The position numbers and the translations under genes were made by a program. This document shows, in pieces, positions 42,010 to 56,872 of a stretch of DNA of 64,000 nucleotides. The notes beneath the pieces were generated by a model, which had not been told where the DNA came from, made no database searches, and worked only from the letters and a program-made list of their open reading frames with translations. How positions within the stretch are numbered: position 1 is the stretch's first letter; the number at the start of each line of letters is the position of its first letter. Source of the stretch: Octopus sinensis (taxonomy: Eukaryota); NCBI RefSeq assembly GCF_006345805.1, contig NC_043013.1, positions 37,138,001-37,202,000 of the forward strand. Reading direction: 5' to 3'.

Positions 42010-42285
42010 ACTTTTTTTCTTCTTTCAAATTTGCTTCCATTTCTTGCCGAGTATCTTCCCGACTCCTAGGGCGAAGAAACTCATAGTATACATTGGTAGG
42101 CCATTAAACCAAACTCAATAGTTCGTGTATTTGAAAAAAAAAATTTTTTTATTTATATTAAAATACATGAGCAGCAACAGTACTCACATCGACAATGCTC
42201 TTCTCAATACGTGTGATATACCAGTTAAGCCAATCTTTTGCACTTCTTGCAGGGACGGTAAGCCAGGGATCATTCTCATATAATT
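42010..42285 (-). mobile_element. 3' end of a second R4/Dong-like element (REL C-terminus plus 3' UTR) ending in (TAA)n
   Basis: Minus strand reads MIPGLPSLQEVQKIGLTGISHVLRRALSM* (cf. E.QK..L.GTAHILRK.L*), then a UTR running directly into ataataata. Confidence 0.75.
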
Positions 42286-42319
42286 TTTATAATTTATAAA
42301 AGTAGAGTAGTGGGGTCGA

Positions 42320-42411
<92 letters not shown>

Positions 42412-42447
42412 CATTATTATTATTATTATAATTATTATTATTATTAA

Positions 42448-42516
<69 letters not shown>

Positions 42517-42615
42517 AATTATTATTATTATTATCATTATTATTATTATTATTATTATTAATATTATTATTATTATTGTTATTATTATTATCAATATTAT
42601 TATTTTTATTATTAA

Positions 42616-42649
<34 letters not shown>

Positions 42650-42660
42650 ATTATTATTAT

Positions 42661-42694
<34 letters not shown>

Positions 42695-42819
42695 ATTATT
42701 ATTATTAATATTATTATTACCATCAGTATTATTATTATTATTATTGTTATTATTATAATTATTATTATTGCTGTTGTTGTTGTTGTTGTTGCTGTTGTTC
42801 TTGTTGTTGTTTTTGTTAA

Positions 42820-43312
42820 GTCTACCCCGCCGTCTCCCTTTGGTTGGGAAGGCCGGGCTGTTTTCATCTGCCAGGCGGCTATGGCAAAAGAGGATGTCTG
42901 ATGGACAAGACTGAAATGGCCGAGGATAAGCTGTTTCCTCACTGGCGACCCTTTGATCAACTTTTTCAGGTTGCACTTGAAGCGGAAGATCAGTGTGGAG
43001 AAGGAGGTGCTCCCTTCTCGCAGATTTATCGAAAGGTAGATGAGAGTGGCGAGCATAGAACGTGTGAACGGGCCTGCCGTGAGCATGCTCTTCTGAGTGG
43101 AGTAAGGGAGAGAGGAAGCACTTACCTAAGTGATCAAGGAAACCGAGATTTTTTTGTGGTTTTGCAGGGTTTTCCCATTGGAAGTCCCCCACACCTATTA
43201 CGGAATTGTAATTATTTAATTTTATTGTTTCTTTTTGTTATTGATTTATGTTTGTAGTTTGTATTTGCGTCCTTGTGTATTCTATACGGTCCTACGTGGC
43301 CAAGAAAGAAAA
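42820..43312 (+). mobile_element. 3' end of a Tx1/L1-clade LINE (ORF2 C-terminus plus UTR)
   Basis: A frame absent from the ORF track reads GRAVFICQAAMAKEDV*WTRLK...LINFFRLHLKRKISVEKEVL...FIER*MRVA...SMLF* (TGG-to-stop changes), followed by a UTR and an A-rich tail. Confidence 0.55.
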
Positions 43313-43352
43313 CATTATTATTATTATTATTATTATTATCATTATTATCATT

Positions 43353-43389
<37 letters not shown>

Positions 43390-43390
43390 A

Positions 43391-43905
43391 GGTAGTGAGC
43401 TAACACAAACGTGTGCGCGGCGGGAGAAATGCTTAGCGGTATTTCGTCTGCCGCTACGTTCTGAGTTCAAATTCCGCCGAGGTCGACTTTGCCTTTTATC
43501 CTTTCGAGGTCGACAAATTAAGTACCAGTTACGCACTGGGGTCGATATAATCGACTTAATCCGTTTGCCTGTCCTTCTTTGTCCCCTCTGTGTTGAGCCC
43601 TTTGTGGGTAGTAAAGAAATAGGTATTTTGTCTGCCGCTACGTTCTCAGTTCAAATTCCGCCGAGGTCGACATTACTTTTCATCCTTTCGGGGTCGATTA
43701 AATAAGTACCAGTTACCCACTGGGGGGTGATATAATCGACTTAATCTGTTTGTCTGTCCTTGTCTGTCCTCTCTGTGTTTAGCCCCTTGTGGGTAGTAAA
43801 GAAATAGGTAATTCGTCTGCCGCTACCTTCTATCGAGGTAGATTTTGTCTTCCATCCATTGGAAGTCGATAAAATAAGTCCCAGCGCAGATTATTAGGAT
43901 CGGTA
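43391..43905 (+). mobile_element. Three head-to-tail copies of SINE family B
   Basis: cgtctgccgcta restarts at ~43445, ~43630 and ~43814, the latter two directly after gtgggtagtaaagaaataggta. Confidence 0.9.
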
Positions 43906-44039
43906 TAATCTACTTTTTCCCTCCCATGAAACTTGTTACTAATGTGGCACAAGGTCAGCTTTTTGTGAATGATTTAGAAAATTATTACTCGTAGTTATTC
44001 TAGTAGTAGTAGTAGTAGCAGCAGCAGTAGTAGTAGTAT

Positions 44040-44078
<39 letters not shown>

Positions 44079-44399
44079 CTGCAGTGGTGGTGGTGGTAGT
44101 AGTAGTAGTGGTGGTGGTGGTGGTTGTAGTAGTAGTAGTAGTAATAGTAGTAGTAGCAGTCGTAGTAGTAGTAGTAGTATTAGTAGTAGTAGTAGTAGTA
44201 GTAGCTATTGAGGTGAAGAGGATAGTCAATGAATGAACCCTAGTTATTTATTGGCAATCAATTCTATCACTTTGAAAGGATTAAAGGCTGTGTTGAACTT
44301 GACACGAGGTGAAACTGAACTGGCAACGCAAAGATTCGAAAGAAATACGATAACGCTCTTCTAATAATACTACCATTTCACATGCATTGATAATATCGG

Positions 44400-44612
44400 T
44401 TTCAAATTTTGGCACAATGCCAGCATTTTCGGCGGGACGGGCTAAGACGTTTACGTCAACCTCCAGTACTAGACTGGTACGTATTTTATCAATCCCTAAT
44501 TGGCGAAAGGTAAAAATCAACCGCGGCGGAAATTGAACACCGGCCTGAAAGACGGATGAAATGCCACTAAGTATTTTGCGCGGCGCGCTACCGATTCAGC
44601 TAGCTCGCCGTC
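44400..44612 (-). mobile_element. Diverged SINE family B
   Basis: ccgcggcggaaattgaac (reverse complement of the B-box segment) and gctagctcgcc head. Confidence 0.65.
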
Positions 44613-44823
44613 TTACATACACTGATAGTATTCATAATCTTTATGTTAATCTCATATCCAGCACTTCGTTACAGATGGATTAGTCGGATAGATAGTCCTT
44701 AGTATAGGGCTGGTGTTTTATTTTATCAACCACAAAAGGATGAATGACATAATCTAAAGAAATAGGAAGGAATTCCAGCAAGAATTTTGTCCGATGATGC
44801 AAAGATTCGGGAAATATAACACC

Positions 44824-45210
44824 AAGCGCAGGAGTGGCTGTGTGGTAAGTAGCTTGCTTACCAACGCGTGGCACCTTGGGCAAGTGTGTTCTACTATAGC
44901 CACGGGCCGACCAAAGCCTTGTGAGTGGGTTTGGTAGATGGAAACTGAAAGAAGACCGTATATGTATATATGTATATATGTGTATGTGTGTTTATATGTT
45001 TGTGTCGCTGTGTTTCCCCCCCCCCCACAACATCGCTTGACAACGATGTTGGTGTATTTAAATCCCAGTTACTTAGTGGTCGGCGAAAGAGACCGATAGA
45101 ATAAGTACTAGGTTTACGAAAGAATAAATCCTGGGGTCAATTTGCTCGACTAAAGGCGGTGCTCCAGCATGGCCGCAGTCAAATGACTGAAGCAAGTAAA
45201 TGAGTAAAAC
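44824..45210 (+). mobile_element. Composite tRNA-derived SINE family A with internal microsatellite
   Basis: gcgcaggagtggctgtgtggtaag head, ggcaccttgggcaagtg, (TA/TG)n linker, tail ggcggtgctccagcatggccgcagtcaaatgactgaa. Confidence 0.9.
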
Positions 45211-45721
45211 AGTAATACGTAATAATTTCTACTTTAAATGTCGCGTATCAGCGGGAAGGGGATTAGTTTATATTAATGATACTATTACTTGAATCATATT
45301 TATTTTATCGTCACTGAAGCGAATCAAAGTAAAGTGACCACGGATATAGTTGTACTCGGAACTCCAACATAAATAACACGGTGTGTATTATTCGATGTTC
45401 TAAAGATCTTGCGTAACCATCATTAAGACAACTAACAAGTCAATAGTTTTAAAGAGAGGTGGATATCGGATCATATCGTATTTAAGATGTGGACACCTCG
45501 TTTTATCAAACACGGTGAAGTTAAATGCAAAGTAACCCTTTAGTCGGATTTGAACGCAAAACAGAAAGAACTGTTACAAATGCGTATTGCATTTTTGCGA
45601 TGCTGTAACAAATACTAACAAACACATAATACAAAAATATCACCGACAACTTTTCCCACGGTGACAATAGTGATAAAGACGATGGGGTGGGTAGACGACA
45701 GGGGATGAAAACATTAACAAT

Positions 45722-45731
45722 GAAATCGTAT

Positions 45732-45812
<81 letters not shown>

Positions 45813-45849
45813 TGATGATGATGATGATTGTGTTGATGATGATGATGAT

Positions 45850-45899
<50 letters not shown>

Positions 45900-45941
45900 T
45901 GATGATGATAGTGATGGTGATGATGATGATGATGGTGATGG

Positions 45942-45972
<31 letters not shown>

Positions 45973-46050
45973 AGTGATGGTGATGATGATGATGATGATG
46001 ATGATGATTATTGTGGTGATGACGATGACGGCAACTCCTGAGTCAACAAC
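45722..46050. repeat. (GAT)n/(GAC)n trinucleotide array
   Basis: Direct reading. Confidence 0.95.
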
Positions 46051-46688
46051 AACGACAAGAACATCAACGAATATATATATATACCTACGGATGACGACGA
46101 TTATAATGATATCAACGTCATTGTGGTCGCCCATGATGATGAATAGTTTTTAACCAAAGTGAAAATCTGATATTGTCTCTCTTTACATAAGCAATTTACT
46201 TTTATCGTTTATTTTTCTGTCGTGTTTTTGTTATCTTCGCTTATATTTATATATTTTACATTTATATTTTTCACCTCATATTTTCTTCTTTTTATTATCA
46301 CTACATTTTCATTTTTTTTTTTTTTCATATATATATATTTTCATGTCTCTATATTTATTATAATTTTTTTTTTCTTTTATATCTTAACTGATCGTATCAT
46401 TGGCTGAAGTTTACAAGTGATAAACTTCTGGTGAGCAGTCGATCAATCTAGCTAAAAGGGGTTGAAATACTGGCCTGCAAAAGGTCGACGTTATCATTTG
46501 GTTATTAGCGAGGACGATCTGAAGCGACATTATACTTAAGAAATTGTAAGGGTGTTTTATTGGACTCCGCGGTTTTGCCGAGTAGAAAAACCTTTCCATT
46601 AACGATATACCTTAGATGTGGTCATATGTCCGAATGAATGTATATGACTGTTTGTGTGTTTGCGAGTGTGACTGTTTCCGAGATCCTG

Positions 46689-47401
<713 letters not shown>

Positions 47402-47427
47402 ATATATACACACACAATTTGTTCATA

Positions 47428-47607
47428 GTCGCAGAAGCGGCTGTGTGGAAAGTAGCTTGCTTACCAACCACATGGTTCCGGGTTCAATCTCACTGCGTGG
47501 CACCTTGGGCAAGTGTCTTCTACTATAGCCTCGGGCTGACCAAAGCCTTGTGAGTGGATCTGGTAAAAACAGTGCTGAAAAAGAACCCATCGTATATATG
47601 TATATAT

Positions 47608-47650
<43 letters not shown>

Positions 47651-47872
47651 TATAGTGTGTGTGTGTATGTTTGTATGTCTGTGTTTGTCCCCGCCATATC
47701 TCTTAACAACCGATGCTGGTGCGTTTTACGACGCCGTAATGTAGCGATTCGGAAAAAGAAACCGATAGAATAAGTACTAGACTTCCCAAAAATAAATCGA
47801 TTTGCTCGACTAAAGGCGGTGCTCCAGCATGGCCACAGTCAAATGGCTGAAACATGTAAAAGAGTAAAAGAG
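47428..47872 (+). mobile_element. Composite SINE family A
   Basis: Head with ggttccgggttcaatc B-box, microsatellite linker, and the family A tail ending gagtaaaagagta. Confidence 0.9.
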
Positions 47873-47904
47873 TATATAATTTAGCATATATATATATATA
47901 TATA

Positions 47905-48105
47905 TGGGTGTGATGGCAGAATACGTAGTGCGCTGGATAAAATGCATAACACTATTTCACTTGCCTTTATGTTCTGTGTTCAAATTGCACCGAGTTCGAT
48001 TTTTTGAAAATCACCTTTCCGGGGTGGATGAAATACGTACCAGTTGAACACTGTAAATGATGAGCCCCTCCTCTCGAATTTCTAGTCTTGTTCCTATAGT
48101 AGAAA
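47905..48105 (+). mobile_element. Diverged SINE family B
   Basis: tggcagaatacgtag head, gttcaaattgcaccgag, gtaccagttgaacactg. Confidence 0.6.
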
Positions 48106-48213
48106 AATGATGCACTTTCTTGTAGAAAATGACGCATGAACGTTTAGCATTTGCCGAAAGACCCTGCATAAATGATTCGTTTATAGTGAAGACATTTTAG
48201 TGTCATACATTAG

Positions 48214-48268
<55 letters not shown>

Positions 48269-48269
48269 T

Positions 48270-48725
48270 AGTCATCGAGTATCAGGCCTTAGGTGTGGAA
48301 TTGATTACTGAGCAATCATGTGATGCAGTGTTTTGCTCAAGAACACAAGGCACCACCCGTTCTAGGGATTGAAATCGCGATTGCTAGTTCGTGACTACAC
48401 TGGAACATCTTAAACACTAAGCCATGCGGGCTCAGAAAATTGAGTGCACCTAGAAAGTTCGCGCCCGAGGATCAAGTTCAGTATAGGTGGTTTTTGGAAG
48501 ACCAGCAGTCGCCCATGCATAGCAGCCTCCCCACTCCACGCCTCCAATTCTATGCAAGGCTGATACAGCCGGGCATCAATGATGTCGCAATTCATTTCGA
48601 CAGCTGAGTGAACCGGAGCAACGTGAAATAAAGTGTCTTGGTCAAGAACTCAACACACAGCCAAGTCCGGGATTCGAACTCACTAGCTCGAGACTGTTAG
48701 CCCGACACTCTAACCACACAGTCAT
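48270..48725 (-). mobile_element. Two family C (CORE-like) SINE remnants, 48270-48428 and 48468-48725
   Basis: gggattcgaactc (B-box, reverse complement) with cagctgagtgaaccggagcaacgtgaaataaagtgtcttggtcaag; a second ttgctcaagaacaca...gggattgaa unit. Confidence 0.75.
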
Positions 48726-48761
48726 ATACACACACATACATATATATATATATACATATAT

Positions 48762-48928
48762 ACGACAGGCTTCTTTCAGTTTCCGTCTACCAAATCCACT
48801 CACAAGGCATTGGTCGGCCCGCGGGCTATAGCAGAAGACACTTGCCCAAGATGCCACGCAGTGGGACTGAACCCGGAACCATGTGGTTGGTAAGCAAGCT
48901 ACTTACCACACAGCCACTCCTGCGCCTG
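48762..48928 (-). mobile_element. 5' half of SINE family A
   Basis: Near-consensus reverse complement of aggcgcaggagtggctgtgtggtaag...gaaactgaaagaagcctgtcgt. Confidence 0.9.
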
Positions 48929-49549
48929 TATATATATATATACATACATATACATACACACACACACATATACACTATAATTATGTTGCGTTCGCTTTGC
49001 AAAGACGAGATCCCATGCTCAATTGAGCGATCTGGAATCTGGTGAAAACGCGTTTAACCGCATCGCACACCGTTGCATTATTATAAGCGCAAGTGTAAAC
49101 GTTTGACACAGGAAAAGTGGTTTCACTTACACAGGAAAAGAGTACAATCACGGTTTGTCGAATGAATCCATAGTGTAAGAGTGCCTTGTCTCATTTCTCC
49201 CTCAAAGAGCTTGTCTTAGGAATACTGTAAGGAATACGCAACTACTTGTGTTGTGGTTGACAGCTTCTGTCGAACAAATGCAATACAGAATGAATGTCGA
49301 AATCAAGGGAGATCCGCTTTTACTTTGCCCACTTCATCTTCCGTCCTTCACTTCATATATTAATGTAACTGCCTGTGTTTGTGTATACGACGCATATACA
49401 TGCATGCATATATATATATATATATATATAAATATATGTATGTATATATATATATATATATATATACACTCATATATAATATGGATGGATGGATAATGGG
49501 GGGATGCATTGATGGATGTATGCATATATGAATATATGTATATATGAAA

Positions 49550-49649
49550 NNNNNNNNNNNNNNNNNNNNNNNNNNNNNNNNNNNNNNNNNNNNNNNNNNN
49601 NNNNNNNNNNNNNNNNNNNNNNNNNNNNNNNNNNNNNNNNNNNNNNNNN
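49550..49649. other. Assembly gap (100 N)
   Basis: Exactly 100 N, the usual placeholder for a gap of unknown size. Confidence 0.99.
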
Positions 49650-50088
49650 ATGCTGAGATCTGAAGCCAAATTTGTTATATATATTTCTCTTATTATCCAG
49701 GCAAGCGAGCAAGACAATAATGGTGACTTTTATTTTTTCAACTCCGAAAGAATGAACAAAAATTAACATCGGCATCGACTCAGTGGAGATCGGGATTAAG
49801 CACACACACACACATATATATGTACACATGTGTATGTGTGTGTGAGTGAGTAGCCTTGATTTTTTATGTCATTACGAAAAAAACTTTTTATATACACACG
49901 CTGACATATGACCAATGTTGAACCCCTTATTCGCATAATCAACGAAAGGGGAACTTAACTACGGTCTATTTATATCACTTATTCAGCATTACCTAACACG
50001 TTTGTGTCTCAATGACACCATTACCTCTCATAACCACCAATATATATGTATATGTACATATATATATACCATATATATATGTATATAT

Positions 50089-50153
<65 letters not shown>

Positions 50154-50182
50154 TATATATATATGTATATATATACACATTA

Positions 50183-50281
<99 letters not shown>

Positions 50282-50829
50282 TAATATATGTATATAGTAT
50301 ACACACAAATATATCTCACACACAAAGATTTCTGGCTTAGACAGAAGCAAAGGTCCCCATATTTGGGAGAATGACTACGTCAAGCATGCCGACAACACCT
50401 AATAAAAGTTTTAGAATTTCTTACCCGAATCATCACAAAAAACAGAGACATAGTCACAAGGTTACTTGTGACTAAAGGCTATGCTTACGGTGGTATTCAA
50501 TGTACAGAGAGAGAGGTGGGGAGACAGAGAAACATTGAAATCAAGTGAAGAGGAGTGCAATTGAACGCAGAACTTGACCAGAGTTTTTTTTCAGGGCCGA
50601 AGAAATGAAAGAAGTGCCGTTCGCTTGACTTGAAACCGGAACGAACAGGAGCGTAAAGAACAACGAAAATATGTTATCTATAGTTCCAACGAATTTAACA
50701 ATCCTCCACTTTATCAGTCACATTAGAGAAGGACATTTCAATTGGATATAGCATATCCTTACAAAATTAGCCTTGCATCTAATTAAGAAACAGATAGTGC
50801 ATGGAAACCAGCACTGCATAATAACAATG

Positions 50830-50956
<127 letters not shown>

Positions 50957-51541
50957 TGATGATGATGATGATGATGATCATGATGATGATAATAATAATA
51001 ATGATAATGATGATGATGATGGTGAGAAAAGGGACAGAAAGATAGTCAGATACATACGTTGACAGATAGATTCAGGGATAAACAAATAGAGAGAAATTAT
51101 CAGATGTAAATTATTCCGAATTTTAATTTCCCTACTTTAGCTTCAAACAGGAACCCAAGTTAAAACACAACTTATCGCTGGATTCCATCACTTGAAATTT
51201 TCCCCCACCGAACGTATGAATTAATGATCATTTTTAATATACATATATATTATATATTATATGTAACCGTGCATTTGGGAACAATGGATAGCACAGACAT
51301 TTGGTTCTCGAAGAAATCAGAAATAATATAATATCTAATTTATAGATAACTCTCTATCTGCCAGTATTATTTTACGTAACATTTTCTAATCCCTTTTCTT
51401 TCATTCCCAACAGATCTGAGTATCTATCTATCTAATCTATAACTGAATCTAACTAGGTATCAATTTCATTCAATGATTCTATTTGTCCTTTATCAGTGAT
51501 TCCCACTCCTATCGTTTTAGCCTACTGTTTCACTTTGTATT

Positions 51542-51594
<53 letters not shown>

Positions 51595-52084
51595 ATATGT
51601 ATGTGTATACACAACTACATAAATACTATATATATTTACATATTTATACGCAATACGCATCTGTAACTACAGATGTATAACATAGTTATACACATACATT
51701 TATATATGTACATATATAGATACATACAAATATATACATATATCAATATATATATATATATACATATGTATATTTATGCACGCGCACACATATATGTATG
51801 TATAGATATACAGGCACATCTATTGATCATGCAATCCACCCGGATTTGGTGATTTATCTCTCTATTTTCACAAAATATATGCGTATATTTGTGTTTGTAG
51901 ATATACATAGGTATAGATGCATACATGAATGTGTGTATATTTGTGTCTCAATACATATTTGCATATATCTTTGTATACGAATTTTGTATTATGTAATATA
52001 TCATATATATACAAGCATATATCTATCTACATCTCTCTCTCTCTCAATATATATATATATATATATACATATACATGCATATAC

Positions 52085-52115
<31 letters not shown>

Positions 52116-54019
52116 GATATATATATATCTATTATTATATTATATATATATATATATATATATATTATAGGCATTTGGCCAAGATATATATTCAAATATA
52201 TCTATCTATATATGTATGCGTGTACGTGGGTGCCATATACATACAAACATAGACATACAACATACACACACACGCAAACACATACACTCAGACACACACA
52301 TACACATATATATGTATATATATATATACCAAATAACTCTCATTTCTGATCACTTATGTCTATAATATTTCTTTAATTTTTTTATTGTGTATTTTACCAT
52401 CTTTTTTTCTTCCTTACACTCATTCGTTCTTTCTGATATCACCCCTTTACGCCCGAGGTTTATGATCTGCCATATATGGACATCGCAATTATGAGAAATC
52501 AGCGAAGCATCAAATCAGTTTCCGCTATATTTTAAGAATGATCTGATCGTGTGATGCCCCTTACATATATTTATATTTATATGCAGCCGCATTCACTCGC
52601 AAACATGCACGCGTGTACACACACACACACACACTCACACTTGCAAGAATACGTATACATGCGTACACTTTAATACACATATCCATGGATATGGATACGT
52701 ATACAATATATCAACATATATGCGTAATATCGATAAATATATAAACGTATCTGCATATAGGTATATGAATATACTGCAAGGTATATATATATTATATAGA
52801 CAAACATATATATATATATATATGTATATAAGCAGTAACTATATATGTGTGTGTGTGTGTGTGTGTGTATACATATAATATACATATATAGATATACAGG
52901 CATATCGATATACATATATACTTATATACATATATGTATATTATATATATATATATATATGTATATACGTGTATGTAAGTATATACATATATGTATACGT
53001 ATTTATATACCGGGGAAAATATGCGTGTGTTCGTGTGTGTGTGTGTGTGTGTGTGGGTGTGTCTGTTTGAAGGTGTGTATATGTGTATCTCTGTGCTTGT
53101 GTGAGAAATTTTGATGTCTTTATTGCTTCTTACTGTTTGTATTTCACCACCACTTTCTCGGCATTCCAATAATTTCTGCCTGTTCCACTCTCTCTACTCC
53201 AACTTTTCATTCTTCCCTATAAACTCTCAGTGCCACTATGTCCAGTCTGTTTTGCTGTTATTTGTCTCGTTTATGCATTATATATTTTGTTGTAAGTGTT
53301 TTTTTACTTATCTTCTTGTTTTCAATTTCATTTTGTTTTCATATTTTTCTCCATTTGTTTTTTTTATTTTGCATTATATATATATATGTATATATATATT
53401 ATGTTTTGTTATCTTTTATTGTGTGTGTTTCCAGATTATATATGGTCGAAGAGAACCTACAGATAAGACACGGAGATGGTTCTCTGATATACATATGTGT
53501 CAGAATCGCTGTATGACATATGACTCCGTTCTGAATGATGAACTTACAAAGAAATTAGAGGGAAAATGTTGGGCGGAGGTAGGCAAGAATAGAAAGAGAA
53601 CGAAGAAGAACAAAAAATTAAGGAAGTAAGACTGCAAGATGAAATGTGAGGGTTTGGCTGAAAGTGAGGCTGGATGTTGCGAGAAAATAACAGCAAAGAC
53701 TGACGAAAAGAATTCTATGGTACAGTATTGACGTATATTGCTGTTTTATGTTATAATATATAGCTTTTAAGTAGAAATTAGTATTGGAAGATGGAATGAC
53801 GTAGGGGGGAGGGGCTGATGGAGCATGAAGGTCGAAAAGGTTTACATCAATACACACGCAATCGCTCGCACACTCATAAAAAAGGCCTTCTCAGGCAGAG
53901 AAACAAACCGCTGAATACATATATATTTTATAGACAGGGAAAGAATGTGGATTAGAGAGAAATACTTATAAGAGCGTGTATGTACTTCTCCTTAGATATA
54001 TGAAATAAGGTAACTCTCT

Positions 54020-54050
<31 letters not shown>

Positions 54051-54155
54051 GTCCCCACTCTCTCTCTATATATATATATGTATGCCTACATACAGATATA
54101 TATATGCATGTATATGTATATATATATATATATACATATACATACATATATATCT

Positions 54156-54207
<52 letters not shown>

Positions 54208-55019
54208 TACAAGATACACACATATTCATATATATATATATATAATATATAAGAGTGCATATATACACACAGACACACACACATATATACTCCTCTATGT
54301 ATATATATATGGATGTACATATTTAAATATACCTCTGAATAAATGAATATGAATATATACGTTTTTATATGTATACACATATATATTTGTATATGCATGT
54401 ATTTACAAATAAAAATTGTATTTGTAAATAGAATTGTGTACATGCAAATTATGCTATATTTGGTTGTCAGAGTATTTGAATGCTAGACAACCCTTCATAG
54501 TTTCTCCTTCACATATTCCAAGTTTCTCTAAGCTATAATAATTTTGGGTATGCTTTAAAGGTTTTACTTTGTTACTAGCACATTCAAATATTGCCAGAGA
54601 AATCTATACATTGTTGAAAGTAGAAAACCACACATAAAATGCCCCTGTGCACTCCGGAGTCGTGCAAGCATATAATTATATGAAGAGATGGATCTTTCAC
54701 ACGTGTTAGAAATTAGCACGTGCAAGGAGGCTGATGGAATCATGCACAAAAACAGTTATGACACCTACGATCATGGGCACAAATTTGACCATTAAAACAT
54801 TAAAAAAAGTAAGCATATGTTTGGCGAAATGTATTTACAACGAAGAGGACACAAACGTTTTGATACGGATGTAAAATGGGCGAACACTTAGCTTTGCATT
54901 TACACACACACACACACACACACACATACACACATACACACAAACACACATATGGAATGAGAGAGAGATAGTGATAGATAGATAGTTAGATAGACAGATA
55001 CATATATACACACCTACAT

Positions 55020-55056
<37 letters not shown>

Positions 55057-55500
55057 CATGCAAGCATATGTACATTTATCTGTCTACCGATCGATCTGCG
55101 AAATTTCAGGCATCCAATATGCTTATTACTAAATCCACTGCGTCTGAATGCAAGCATGTCCAACAATACATGCATACATACAAACACAGACACTTACTCA
55201 CCCCACCGCACTCACACACATATATATGGTGTGGGGGGGGGGTGATGGAAAGACAACGGAAGAGAAAGAGTAACCAAGTTAGTGTAGGTTAAGAAATGTG
55301 GGAGGAGAACGTCGTAGCGGATAAGGAATTCTTTTTTTCCGTATATTTATATGTTTATTTGGCTAAGTCCATATGGGTAAGTAAATAATTTACGCGGTGA
55401 GACGTATTAAAGCTTAATTTTGTTCCTCTCTGTTTATATTTGTCGATGAATTTACACATGAGTACAAGTATACATATAGTTTTGCATGAATATATATTTG

Positions 55501-55534
<34 letters not shown>

Positions 55535-56805
55535 TTGTATATAAATAAATATACATATATATACACACACACACATATATAATTTATATCAATCTATCTT
55601 TCTATCTATCGATCAATACATACATATACACACCCGCGTGTTGACATGCATATATATATATATATATATAGATATATATATATATATATTATATATATAT
55701 ATCTCGCTCTCTCTCTCTTTGTAGACATATATATGTATATATGTTTGTATATATATGTATATATCCATGTATGTATATATATGTATACAACCTTGTAGCA
55801 AGGCTGGACCCATTGAATATACAATTATAATTATATGAGAGTTATGAGGTTTCACATATATTATCAGCATCTATGGAAAGCAAAATCTAAAATTACTAAT
55901 GTAAACAAAGACCACGAATCGTAGTATCAATCATAATAATAGGGAAGGTGACCACAAGAGTAATTTTATAACAAATAATAATAATATTCAGTACAAAACC
56001 ATCAAAATCAATACTAAATAAGTACACAATATTTCTACTAGGGATCCATGAAACATATGAAAACAATAAGTTTGCATTCTGCAGATAATGATTTTGCATT
56101 GATTACATAGTTGTATAAAAGAAATATTGTTTATAATCAGAGAAGTCTATATGTATTAAATTTTCGTATTGTAGACGATTTCTCCACGAGTTACAGTACC
56201 TATACAAGTCAATAGATAAATATGTTTAAAACGAAATATTAACGCAAATTTCGTTTCATTGTTTGTAGTGGGGTACGTATGCATCCGTGATAAATAATAT
56301 TACGTTTCCTTGCTACATTTCTTATGTCAAATGACATGTCTGTCCCATTGAATCCCTATACCTACTGGCTCTCGGAGCACTTTATGTAGGTGTAGACATG
56401 CATACATACATACACACCATACAAACATTCAGTGCTAATTGAACAGCAGTAAGGCATTTTCTATTATACATGTACTATTCCAGGTATGTCTATTTCTTAT
56501 TGCACATCCAATGTTTTTTAGTCCTTCGTCGCACACATTCGTCAGTCTTTTCCCGTCTCTCTATGCTCTGGCGCTCCCGTTGATAACGGTGGTCTTGGTT
56601 TTAAATAGTATGAAACCACTAAGACGTCACGAAAACCAGCTGATAAGAAAATCGGCTGCCAATGTTTCTTGTATCGCGTTTTCGTCTCCCTTTTTTATCC
56701 CTTATGTTTTCGCCCAGTTTTCATATAATTTTTCCTTCTATGTCTAACTTTTGAAAAATACATGCATATATGTACGTCAAACGTCTTTCAGTTTCTTCCA
56801 TTATA

Positions 56806-56872
56806 TCCACTCGCAAGACTTTGGTCAAAGCTGTAGTAGAAGACACTTGCCTAAGGCGCCACGCAGGAATTG
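56806..56872 (-). mobile_element. SINE family A fragment
   Basis: atccactc...tagtagaagacacttgcctaaggcgccacgcag. Confidence 0.7.

Noticed and set aside
42287-43257. 301-aa, 242-aa and 137-aa ORFs as protein-coding genes
   Set aside because: They are off-frame or antisense readings of a Tx1-like 3' end extended by (AAT)n; the meaningful frame is a different, stop-interrupted one.
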